From a virus (Duplodnaviria; Caudoviricetes), in IMG/VR virus record IMGVR_UViG_3300047400_000322, positions 1-24,677 of that record: 24,677 nt of DNA, one strand, 5' to 3'. The position numbers and the translations under genes were made by a program. Shown piece after piece: positions 1 to 8,196 of this stretch (the stretch's first letter is position 1; the number at the start of each line of letters is the position of its first letter). A model generated the notes under the pieces. The model was not told where the DNA came from. It searched no databases and saw nothing but the letters and a program-made list of their open reading frames with translations.

Positions 1-827
1 CCCCACTTTATGTCTCTTCTTATCAGAACCTCTCCGCAGCCCGCAGTTATCATCAGGTCTTTACCGTCTGACCTGTAGTCAGTGGCAGTAAGGCCGTAGA
101 ACCTACCCACCTTAGCAAGCTTAGTCGCTATCTCGAAGAAGGTGTTTGCAGGACAGTGATGCACCTCGTCCATTATCACGAGGCCAAAATCTTCTCTCTC
201 GAACTCGTCTATCGACCGCACTATAGAAGCAGCGATACCTATGGTAAGGTCGTTCATCTTCTTCTTGCCATCACCGTAGAAGCCGACCTTTGTTTTTCCA
301 AAAGCAGAAACGAACACGTCGTAGAACTGCTTAGCGACAGACTCGCTTGGGCATACCACTAGAGTGTTAAGTCTTAACTTCTTAGTTAGATGAGTTGCTA
401 CCAGCGTCTTTCCTAGACCGGTTGCGAAATTGACGAGACCCTTCTTGCTTAATTCCATCTTTAAGATGGCCTCTTCTTGATAGGGACGCAGATTATGAGG
501 CTTGTTGGCCCAAGGAAGGGCGATCGTTCTCCCTGTCTCTATTCTGTTATCTGTGACAGAGGCACCGTCTGAATAATTCGATATTAGATGAAGAAGACCA
601 GTGTGGATCTCGAGCTTGGAGCCGTCGAACTTGAACAGATCACCTCTAGACTCCTTCTCTAGCTTCCTTATCAAGGCCTCGTTTCTGTTCCATCTAGACC
701 TAGATAGCCTCTTGATCTGGTACAACTTAGACTTGTCGACGTAGCAGAAAGTCTCTTTCGCAAAATCAAGAAGATCTTCTGTCGGATTATTTATGATCGT
801 GACGTCGTTGCGTATATCGATATGCAT
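1..827 (-). CDS. Superfamily 2 DExH-box helicase (UvsW/XPB/ResIII-like), 3' end runs off the window
   Basis: Hand translation from ATG at 827: MHIDIRNDVTII...; Q motif LRPYQ, Walker A ATGLGKT, motif Ia VVCPS, Walker B IMDEVHH, motif III GLTAT. The frame is open to position 1. Not in the ORF track because no stop lies inside the window. Confidence 0.93.
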   Translation of the reverse strand, partial: MHIDIRNDVTIINNPTEDLLDFAKETFCYVDKSKLYQIKRLSRSRWNRNEALIRKLEKESRGDLFKFDGSKLEIHTGLLHLISNYSDGASVTDNRIETGRTIALPWANKPHNLRPYQEEAILKMELSKKGLVNFATGLGKTLVATHLTKKLRLNTLVVCPSESVAKQFYDVFVSAFGKTKVGFYGDGKKKMNDLTIGIAASIVRSIDEFEREDFGLVIMDEVHHCPANTFFEIATKLAKVGRFYGLTATDYRSDGKDLMITAGCGEVLIRRDIKW

Positions 828-843
828 GGGTATATTCTACCTG
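828..843 (-). promoter_or_regulatory. Putative leaderless promoter: CAGG-TAGAAT-ATACCC-ATG
   Basis: -10-like TAGAAT (839-834) lies 6 nt before the helicase ATG. No Shine-Dalgarno. Same architecture as 18172-18187. Confidence 0.55.
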
Positions 844-855
844 TATCGTTTTTCG

Positions 856-872
856 CGAGATTATCGATCTCG
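856..872. repeat. 6-bp inverted repeat CGAGAT-N5-ATCTCG in the divergent intergenic region
   Basis: Read directly: cgagat tatcg atctcg. It lies between the two divergent -10-like boxes. Short enough to be chance. Confidence 0.35.
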
Positions 873-895
873 GGTATCATATATTTATTTTGGAG
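873..895 (+). promoter_or_regulatory. Putative -10-like box GG-TATCAT and Shine-Dalgarno GGAG for the rightward replication operon
   Basis: GGTATCAT at 873-880, then an AT-rich tract, GGAG at 892-895 and ATG at 905. Confidence 0.4.
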
Positions 896-904
896 AAAAT
901 AAGC

Positions 905-1117
905 ATGATTTCGTATGCGAATAAGCTAAAAGATAGTCTAGTTTGGTGGCTCGGAAGAAAAAAGCCGTTCATCATAAATGACCAGTACAAGCTCGAACTC
1001 CTCTTCATTGACAAAGTCAATAACTCAGCTAAGATAAAAGTTACGAACCTATCGACCGAAGATACTTTCGAAACTTCAATCTCCAGTGAAGAGGAAGAGA
1101 TCAATGGAAACCGCTAA
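905..1117 (+). CDS. Hypothetical protein, 70 aa, first gene of the replication operon
   Basis: GGAG SD precedes ATG 905, so it is preferred over TTG 890. The 3' end overlaps the next gene's start. Confidence 0.7.
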   Translation: MISYANKLKDSLVWWLGRKKPFIINDQYKLELLFIDKVNNSAKIKVTNLSTEDTFETSISSEEEEINGNR

Positions 1118-1640
1118 GGTAGCAGAGATCATTCTCGACAAGTGGAGAGCAGCTCTCAAGCTGAAAGATAGAAGTAAGGATCACGTCGCTTCTAACTTTG
1201 AAGAGTTGTTTAACGAGCTTAGAGAGGCCGAAGTCACGTTTGACGTAGCCCGCGAGGTTTTGCCTCTAGCCGTGCAAGCCCATTATCCGCCAGTTGCAAT
1301 TAGACGCAGGACTTATGAAGGTGTAAAGAACCTCGTTAAGGTCTCAGAGAAAGAGTTCATAGAATCCTGGCTTAAGAGCATAAAAGATACAGCTACTAAT
1401 ATCTTCTATGAAGTGTATCCTCCACCCTTATCATCGAGAGTGAAGGTTAACAACGTTGCCGAGCAGAAGCCCGCGATGTCTAAGAAAGAGTACCAGTCCA
1501 TGCGCAGGTATGCTGACTCTTTCCCTATACTCGATACCTCTGAGCTAGAGAAGACGCTAAGCAACAATCAATACAATCCGTTTAACGAAGAAAATGATTT
1601 TGAAGACGTTTTAGGTGAAGGCGATGGCGAGACTAACTGA
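1104..1640 (+). CDS. Hypothetical helical protein upstream of the DnaB-like helicase (candidate loader/initiator by position only)
   Basis: ATG 1104 (METAKVAE...) follows GAGGAAGAG. Acidic C-terminus (EENDFEDVLGEGDGETN). Overlaps the helicase start. Confidence 0.75.
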   Translation: METAKVAEIILDKWRAALKLKDRSKDHVASNFEELFNELREAEVTFDVAREVLPLAVQAHYPPVAIRRRTYEGVKNLVKVSEKEFIESWLKSIKDTATNIFYEVYPPPLSSRVKVNNVAEQKPAMSKKEYQSMRRYADSFPILDTSELEKTLSNNQYNPFNEENDFEDVLGEGDGETN

Positions 1641-2649
1641 AGAACAGATAAGGATGCAGCTTAACAAGGCTGCAGCTAAAGAGAAAGAGACGCAGGTAAC
1701 TTTCGACGACATCGATTCATTCGGCAATCGAGAGTCGCTGATGGCTGCCTTGAAGAGCATCTCGTCTTACAACAAGATGCTTGAGCAGAGGATCACGTTG
1801 ATCAACGAGCCTCTTACTGCTACTGTCCCGTTCACGAGAGAGAATCTTTACCTGTTCTGCGCTTTTACTGGTTCTGGTAAGAGTACCGTAGCTGCAAACA
1901 TATCTCTCCCTCTCTGGAAGCAAGGCAAGAAAGTTCTCGTTATCGCTAACGAGGAGCCGCAGCACGATATCTTGTTCAGGATTGGTTGTCTTGATCTTGG
2001 CCTTAACTTTAACGACTACAAGAAAGGCAAGATGGCTAACGAAGATCAGCTCCGCGTAGCCAAGCTGTTCCCCGAGATATCCAAGTTCGTTAAGATCTTA
2101 GACGTCACTTACAGAGACGGTCTCACAACTAAGGTCGAGGGTATCAAGAGCGCCCTTAACTCGGTCAAGGATAAGGACTACTCTTGCGTGCTGATCGATT
2201 ACTATCAGCTGATCAAGTACTCCGTCTCCGATCCCCAGAAGACCTCCTATGACAATCTCAACGATCTGAGACTTTGGATGGGGCAATACATCAAGTCTTC
2301 TAACGTGCCTATAGTTCTATTTGCCCAGCTGTACTCGAGCGGCAAGAAAGGCGGCGTAAAAGACATCGACGCTAGAATCAAGGAGTGCTCTGCTGTGGTC
2401 GAGCCTGCTACTGTCATCATAGAGGTTGTTCCCAACTTCGAGGCGCAGACCACTGACTTCATAATCCATAAGGATCGATTCGGCTTTCAAGGACACAGGA
2501 TCACATGCGGCTTCGAGAAGGGCAGATACACCAAGATCTCGCCAGAAGAAGCGATAATGCGAGCGTCGCAGGGTAAGCTAAAGAAGGCCAACGAGGATCT
2601 CGACAAGATCGAGGGCATCATATTCTCGGAGGACTCTGATGCGAGTTAG
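1624..2649 (+). CDS. DnaB/T7 gp4-like (SF4) replicative helicase
   Basis: Walker A AFTGSGKST, catalytic Glu in IANEEP, H2 LIDYYQLI, H3 LFAQL, H4 HKDRFG. Likely start is MARLTEEQ at 1624. Adjacent to the primase. Confidence 0.88.
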   Translation: MARLTEEQIRMQLNKAAAKEKETQVTFDDIDSFGNRESLMAALKSISSYNKMLEQRITLINEPLTATVPFTRENLYLFCAFTGSGKSTVAANISLPLWKQGKKVLVIANEEPQHDILFRIGCLDLGLNFNDYKKGKMANEDQLRVAKLFPEISKFVKILDVTYRDGLTTKVEGIKSALNSVKDKDYSCVLIDYYQLIKYSVSDPQKTSYDNLNDLRLWMGQYIKSSNVPIVLFAQLYSSGKKGGVKDIDARIKECSAVVEPATVIIEVVPNFEAQTTDFIIHKDRFGFQGHRITCGFEKGRYTKISPEEAIMRASQGKLKKANEDLDKIEGIIFSEDSDAS

Positions 2650-3514
2650 CAAGAAGTGCCTGATCTGCAACAAAGGGAAAAAGAACGATACTTTGTACTG
2701 GCACAGAGACGAAGACAGCGGCGATATCTGGGTATGGTGCAACAAGTGCCAGAGAGGCTATTCTCTCCACAGTTATTGCCACATCGCTGGGGTCGATCTC
2801 GCTCAGTTCTTGAAGGGTGACTTTGACTTTGTCAGCGATTCGCCGAACGAGCTTAGAGTTGTCAGCTGGCCATCCACCTTTGTTCCTCTAATAGACCGAA
2901 GAGCAGAAAAAGGTATCGAGTATCTGAAGAAGAGAGGTCTAACCTTAGATGCGGACGTGTATTATGATATAGAGGAGGAAGGTCTCGTTTTTCCATACTA
3001 CTTTGAAGATCACTTCTGCGGGGCTCAGATAAGGTTTCTTCAGGAGAGAGTGAAAGAAGATGGAGACACTTGGAAGATAACTACCATGCCTGGCACCAGG
3101 CTCGGCTTGTTGTTTGGTCTTTGGAATCAAAAAGCTTTTGTCACTGACATAAAAGCGATAGTCGTCTGCGAAGGTTACATAAATGCGCTCTCGCTTCAGC
3201 AAGCGTTTAATTCTATATACGGTGGGATTCATACTAATCCCTGGAAGTTCATTTGCGCTTCTGGTTCTGGCTTATCTCAGCATCAAGCAGAAGCACTTAA
3301 AGAGCTCAAAGAAAAAGGATACAAGGTAGTTTGCGCGGCAGACTCTGACGAAGGTGGACTTAAGATGCTGTCAAAGATGAAAGATCTAGAGGTTATCACT
3401 CACTACTCTTTGACTCAAGATAACGAGCTAGACTGGAACGACTTCTTAATTAAAGAGGGTAGAAAAAATCTTACTAAGTTATTTCTGTCAAACCTAAGAA
3501 AAGCCGATGAATAA
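2639..3514 (+). CDS. DNA primase (Cys4 Zn finger + TOPRIM, phage DnaG-type)
   Basis: CLIC...CNKC zinc ribbon, YLKKRGL, LVFPY, TOPRIM VVCEGYINAL and ADSDEGG (DxD), DWND. Overlaps the helicase stop by 11 nt. Confidence 0.88.
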   Translation: MRVSKKCLICNKGKKNDTLYWHRDEDSGDIWVWCNKCQRGYSLHSYCHIAGVDLAQFLKGDFDFVSDSPNELRVVSWPSTFVPLIDRRAEKGIEYLKKRGLTLDADVYYDIEEEGLVFPYYFEDHFCGAQIRFLQERVKEDGDTWKITTMPGTRLGLLFGLWNQKAFVTDIKAIVVCEGYINALSLQQAFNSIYGGIHTNPWKFICASGSGLSQHQAEALKELKEKGYKVVCAADSDEGGLKMLSKMKDLEVITHYSLTQDNELDWNDFLIKEGRKNLTKLFLSNLRKADE

Positions 3515-3854
3515 CAGTAAGAAGTTCATCTTAGACAAGATAAACTCTAAGATAAAGAATAAGTCTAAAACCTTAGACATAGAGTCTAAGGTTAAAAAAA
3601 TCGTGATGTCTTATATCTCTGAAGCTGAGATGTTGATAGACAAGAAAGTGCCTTATATGGCTGCTGAGTGCATAGCTCTCATACAGGAGCAGTTGAGAGC
3701 AATGGACTCTAGAGTTAAGATAGAGGTTGTGACGATGAACAAGGTTCTAAACATACCTGAAACTATAAACATAGTTTGGTCAGAATCTTTTCAAAAAGCT
3801 AATAACTTAGCACCAAACATGATCGTGTCTACGATGGACAACTTGTTCGATTAG
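3507..3854 (+). CDS. Hypothetical protein, 115 aa
   Basis: ORF coupled to the primase stop. No motif recognised. Confidence 0.7.
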   Translation: MNNSKKFILDKINSKIKNKSKTLDIESKVKKIVMSYISEAEMLIDKKVPYMAAECIALIQEQLRAMDSRVKIEVVTMNKVLNIPETINIVWSESFQKANNLAPNMIVSTMDNLFD

Positions 3855-5278
3855 ATCGCCTTGATAAGACCGCCGCTTGCACTTTTTGAGTACGCAGCTG
3901 GGATCTCTTTGTCAAAAGAGATCGATAGATTAGATATGGCTGTTATGGTTAAAGACAACGCGTTTTGATTGTCGGCGCAAACTAGTACTTTATCTCCTAC
4001 TGATAAACCCGCTACTGTATCAAATCTAAGCGAAGATGATCCTTTATGGTCTTCTATCATCGAAGAATAGACCACTGCATTTCTAAAAGTAGAAAATTTA
4101 TCTAGCTCGTTCGATACCTTTGACTCAAAAGTATTCTTTAAGATCTCTAGATTATATCTCTCGTAGAGAGCACCGTTAGCCCCGTTTATCAAGAAGTTAA
4201 GGCACTTGAAGCGCTGAAGATAGTGACCACTGCCCGAGTATCTGCCCTTTGAATCTTGCGACACAGATCCTAGTACGGTTACTATGTCTGAAGATCTAGC
4301 ACTTATCTCCGAAGGTCTAGCGTTTATCGCTGTTCTCAAAGGTAGAAAGCCTGAGTTGTTCCATTTACCAGTGGCTCCGGTAGATGGCTTAGAGCTCCAA
4401 GATGCATATAGAGATACTAAGGAGCTAATCTTCGTCTTAGCTTGCGAGGTAGATGCTGAAGCGTCGTAATTGACGGCTAAACTAAAACTTTGTCCGTCTA
4501 TGTCTGTCTTCCATTTAACTAAAGACGAGCTTATCCTTTGTATTAAGACGCTTAAAACATTTTGAAACTTCAAAGAGGACAGGTTCTGCCTCTCCGAGTC
4601 AGAGAACCCCGGTATGTTTTCTTTAACCAAAGAGTTGATTTTTTGTATGTTGCCTTGCGGCGGAATTATCTCCTGCACTTCAATAGACGTACCTATCTTA
4701 GACAGTATCAGAAAGCAGCCGCTGTTAGTACCATCTGATATGTATAGTAGCCTACCTACTGTAGCTGAGCCCGCGGTTATCTGCACCGTCCCTGATCCCG
4801 CTGTGTAGTTTGAGCTCAAAGATGTATCCGCCATAGAAGACGATTGACCGTCTATTAGTAGATCGATCAGCGCTTTTAAACCGCTATTTGCTAAACTTTT
4901 ATTTATTACTTCTAGCTCATTGTCGGCTGTACTAGTCTTAGGATTTCCATTAGAAAGGTCAACTACTTTGGCTGCACTTATCTTCCAGTCAGTCGGAAAA
5001 AATATATTTCCGTCTGATCTTTTTGCTGAAGCATCTATTATTTCATCTGTTATCTTAGAATAGGTGGTGCCGTTTAACCACTTATGCTCTTCTTCTAACG
5101 GATCTACCTTATCTGCGGCGCTGTTGTTGTAAAGAATCTTTATTCTTTTTACGGCTTCTATTTTTTCAGCTACTTGCTTTTGTATGTTTGGAACAGCATC
5201 TTTCGCGCCGTCAAGCTCTTTTTTAGCGTTAGATATCTCTTTTGCGATGCTTGATAGATCTGATTCACTTAGCGGCAT
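3851..5278 (-). CDS. Hypothetical, probably virion structural protein, 475 aa
   Basis: Long ORF ending the tail operon. Coiled-coil-like N-terminus. S/T/G-rich beta segments (VAGLSVGDKVLV) like those in neighbouring structural genes. Confidence 0.75.
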   Translation of the reverse strand: MPLSESDLSSIAKEISNAKKELDGAKDAVPNIQKQVAEKIEAVKRIKILYNNSAADKVDPLEEEHKWLNGTTYSKITDEIIDASAKRSDGNIFFPTDWKISAAKVVDLSNGNPKTSTADNELEVINKSLANSGLKALIDLLIDGQSSSMADTSLSSNYTAGSGTVQITAGSATVGRLLYISDGTNSGCFLILSKIGTSIEVQEIIPPQGNIQKINSLVKENIPGFSDSERQNLSSLKFQNVLSVLIQRISSSLVKWKTDIDGQSFSLAVNYDASASTSQAKTKISSLVSLYASWSSKPSTGATGKWNNSGFLPLRTAINARPSEISARSSDIVTVLGSVSQDSKGRYSGSGHYLQRFKCLNFLINGANGALYERYNLEILKNTFESKVSNELDKFSTFRNAVVYSSMIEDHKGSSSLRFDTVAGLSVGDKVLVCADNQNALSLTITAISNLSISFDKEIPAAYSKSASGGLIKAI

Positions 5279-5294
5279 ATCTTATATTTAATAT

Positions 5295-5549
5295 CTAATT
5301 AGCAGATATATCTACGAATTTTTTACACATTTCATGCTCGCAACTATCTAATTCTTCCCATATTGCATTGACTAAAAAAGTATCTTCTTCTGAAGGTAAC
5401 GATAAAAACCATACTTTTAGAGCTCTGTTTCCAGATACGCAGGTGTAAGATTCGTTTAGCACATCTTTAAACCAAGCGTGCAAAGCCGATAAATCAACAT
5501 CGTGATTTTTCCAATCTAGTTCAATTGAGTACTTTATTCTTTTATCCAT
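5295..5549 (-). CDS. Hypothetical protein, 84 aa (possibly the assembly partner of a displaced fibre)
   Basis: Fills the gap on the operon strand. Acidic and Trp-containing. Sits right after a fibre C-terminal remnant. Confidence 0.6.
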   Translation of the reverse strand: MDKRIKYSIELDWKNHDVDLSALHAWFKDVLNESYTCVSGNRALKVWFLSLPSEEDTFLVNAIWEELDSCEHEMCKKFVDISAN

Positions 5550-5582
5550 ACGTTAACTAATCTATAGTTATATATTAAAACA

Positions 5583-5774
5583 TTAATAATTACCAGTTCT
5601 AGCAATTTCAATAAAATTAATATAAGCATCGGCTGACAACGCCGTGGTCGCACCGGAAGCGCTTCCTCGTATGTCTATATATTCACCAGCTAAAAGTTTG
5701 ATTTTAACAGTACCGTTTGCATTTTGTCTCGTATTGTTGGTAGTTTCTTTGCTACTTCCTTTTTTAAGTGGCAT
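5583..5774 (-). pseudogene. Chimeric 63-aa ORF: MPLKKGSSKET fused in frame to a tail-fibre C1q-like C-terminal remnant
   Basis: Its C-terminal ~48 aa (RQNANGTVKIKLLAGEYIDIR...NFIEIARTGNY) align with the end of the 705-aa fibre (QQGTNGSATFDALAGDLITIK...NYLCIERIGN). The N-terminal 11 aa are unrelated and basic. Confidence 0.55.
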
Positions 5775-5776
5775 AA

Positions 5777-6076
5777 TTACCTTACAATTCGAGCACGGGC
5801 TTTTGCGCGAGCTTGTTTAATATCTTCCGGCATTGGCTTTCCGTCCTCTACGGCCCTAACAACCATCCAGTCCGTAGAAGCAAGATACTCAAGAGCTTCG
5901 CGATTAATACGCTCTTGTTCAACTTGTGCGGTAATGTCGGTTACTTCGATGGTGTATTCTTCTGGCTTGCCCCAAACGCCTTGAGCAACGCACGACTCGA
6001 TCCAAGCCTCTGGCGCTTCCATTTCAGTGCCGTGAGTGTGAATACCTTCAAGATTGCGAATGATTACGCGTTTCAT
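5777..6076 (-). CDS. Tail fibre assembly chaperone-like protein, 99 aa
   Basis: ATG 6076 overlaps the fibre stop (TAATG). C-terminal YLASTDWMVVR...PEDIKQARAKAR motif is typical of small proteins encoded after phage fibres. Confidence 0.75.
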   Translation of the reverse strand: MKRVIIRNLEGIHTHGTEMEAPEAWIESCVAQGVWGKPEEYTIEVTDITAQVEQERINREALEYLASTDWMVVRAVEDGKPMPEDIKQARAKARARIVR

Positions 6077-8193
6077 TAGTTTCCGATCCTTTCGATGCAC
6101 AAATAGTTGTCAGACCCGACGGGAGTTGTGGCAAGTGTTGATGCCTGATCAGAATAAATTTTAATAGTGATTAAATCTCCGGCCAATGCGTCGAAGGTGG
6201 CTGATCCGTTTGTCCCTTGTTGAACAGTGACGGCGGAAGAAACTCTAGCATTTCCCAAGGTGCTATTAGTAACTCCGTTTTTGACCACATAACCCTCAAC
6301 CGCTGTGTTAGCCCCGAAGGCGGTAGTTGCAGTAAGAATTCTTTGAGTAACCCTGTATTTTCCAGAGACAGGAATAGTGTATGTGCTTCCGCTCATCGCC
6401 CCGTGTGAGTCGTACACTTTCGTTCCATAAGTAATAGTGGGAGAGGTATTGTTAATAGCTGAACCAGCCGTTGTGTAATACCTTGCCGCCACCGTCTCAC
6501 TCGCGGCGATTGCAGAGGGGCCGGAGAGGCGGTTTATAGAAAAATATTGTAAACTGGTTGTTGCAATTGCATTAAAATTTGTTGTAAATTTTACAGTAAT
6601 TACATCACCAGCGTTACATTGAATAACTGAATCAACAAAAGCACCCATCCAATAGAGAGCGTTTTGATTCCCCCCGTCACCCTGAAGAACATCTGAGGCG
6701 GCAACTGATGTGTTTTTATAAATATTCAATGAATGGTTAAACGTAACGTTGTTCGCATTAAACTGTGTTCGAGACGCGCAAGAAACACGATAGTACCCAG
6801 AAACAGGTATAGTATACTGATTTGTTCCGATTCCCGCGTGTGTATCTAAGTTAGTTGTTCCAAAAAGAAGCTGAACTGTTGTATTGGTTGCAGCAACGCC
6901 TGAACCACCTCCAACACTAGCCGCCACCACCCTCGTATCCGTGTCGTTCGACATTTGGACAGAGGATGACCAGCCGACAATTGGGGCAATTATATTTAAA
7001 TAAATGTTTGTGGAAGTGTTCGCATTCCACGCTGCCGGAGAGCTGGCGCTCCACGGGCTGCCTTGGTTTCCAGTGATCTGAAAAGTATTTGTGGTGTAGA
7101 TGTAGGTCGCTTCTCCGGTGTAGGCCGAAGTTCCAGAGATGAACCCTTGGACATGGCCGAGCGCGATATTGGCCGTCGTGCTATATCCAATCTTCGATGT
7201 GTCTACAATGAAGCCCGAAGGTAATGAAAAGTTGAAGTAGCCGGAGCCATATGTTGTGGTTGTTCCGGCGACCATGCTTATTTGAAGGTAGATTGAATCG
7301 CCAACTCGTCGCCATTTGCCAGTCAACGATCCGTTTCCAATAACAGGGTTCGTAGTCGTGGCCGTCCAGATGGGCGTATAACTCTGCCAATCCGTCACCG
7401 GAGCGCCGTATTGTACAACCTGTGGACCAAGAACAAAATCATCCAGATAAACGGTGATAGCACCAGTTGTCGCATTCGGGAAATAAACAGCTAGACGAAC
7501 TTGCGTTGCGTCAGAAGGAACTTGAAATGTTCCAGCTGCTTTTCCAACGCCTGACGTTTGAACGATGTTAAATACGCCAGCTGGTTGAATCCATGTACCA
7601 GCAAGTGTGCCATCAACAACGTAAATTGCAACGCCAATGGAGTTGCTGCTGGTGCCTGAAAAAACACCGTTAGCCGCTCCAGAAACAATCTTGTAGAAGA
7701 AGCTAAAGGTTTGAACAGACGCTTGTGCTTCAAGATCGAGCGTAAGAGCGTCAGTTACAAGCATGTCGCCAGCAGTGGTTGCGCCGCTGGAAGCAAGAGA
7801 AAGAGATGCAACGCCAGAAAGCTGTCCGCTAGTTACAATTGTACGAGAAAGCGTACCCGCAGCTGCTGTCCATGAGCCAGAAGCTTGATTAGGAAGCTTT
7901 GTCGTAGCGTCAAAAGTTGAATGTGAAAGATTCCATCCGGTAACGCTACTATTTTCAAAGTTACCGTTTGTAATGTAGTTCTTTACGCCAGAAGCAGATG
8001 CGCTGATTTGAACCCAGTTACCAGCACCAAGATCAGTTGAAAACGATGCGGTTGAAGTGTGTGCAATAAGACAACGGTAAAGAAGATTGTTATTGATTAC
8101 GAGTTGATTAACAACATAAGAAGTGCTTGATGCCCAAATTGTTGCCAATTCTTGCATCGAAGTAAAATGGTTTAATGTTCTGCTATATGCCAC
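6076..8193 (-). CDS. Tail fibre / receptor-binding protein, 705 aa, multi-domain
   Basis: GTG start after GAGGA. CBM5/12-like N-terminus (WASSTSYVVNQLV...YRCLIAHTS), jelly-roll start KNYITNGNFE..GW, DWQSYTP...GKWRRVGD domain, and two C1q/TNF-like domains (DTH..YTIPVSGYYRV, DSH..YTIPVSGKYRV). Confidence 0.85.
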   Translation of the reverse strand: MAYSRTLNHFTSMQELATIWASSTSYVVNQLVINNNLLYRCLIAHTSTASFSTDLGAGNWVQISASASGVKNYITNGNFENSSVTGWNLSHSTFDATTKLPNQASGSWTAAAGTLSRTIVTSGQLSGVASLSLASSGATTAGDMLVTDALTLDLEAQASVQTFSFFYKIVSGAANGVFSGTSSNSIGVAIYVVDGTLAGTWIQPAGVFNIVQTSGVGKAAGTFQVPSDATQVRLAVYFPNATTGAITVYLDDFVLGPQVVQYGAPVTDWQSYTPIWTATTTNPVIGNGSLTGKWRRVGDSIYLQISMVAGTTTTYGSGYFNFSLPSGFIVDTSKIGYSTTANIALGHVQGFISGTSAYTGEATYIYTTNTFQITGNQGSPWSASSPAAWNANTSTNIYLNIIAPIVGWSSSVQMSNDTDTRVVAASVGGGSGVAATNTTVQLLFGTTNLDTHAGIGTNQYTIPVSGYYRVSCASRTQFNANNVTFNHSLNIYKNTSVAASDVLQGDGGNQNALYWMGAFVDSVIQCNAGDVITVKFTTNFNAIATTSLQYFSINRLSGPSAIAASETVAARYYTTAGSAINNTSPTITYGTKVYDSHGAMSGSTYTIPVSGKYRVTQRILTATTAFGANTAVEGYVVKNGVTNSTLGNARVSSAVTVQQGTNGSATFDALAGDLITIKIYSDQASTLATTPVGSDNYLCIERIGN

Positions 8194-8196
8194 TTT

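Noticed and set aside
156-362. 68-aa plus-strand ORF
   Set aside because: It is the antisense shadow of the motif-complete SF2 helicase.
905-3854. Stop-codon reassignment (suggested by frequent TAG/CTA)
   Set aside because: Long intact ORFs tile the window in code 11, and TAA, TAG and TGA all end genes at tightly coupled junctions.
5583-6225. Diversity-generating retroelement TR/VR pair (63-aa ORF versus fibre C-terminus)
   Set aside because: The similarity is at protein level only, differences are not adenine-specific, indels are present, and there is no reverse transcriptase in the window.
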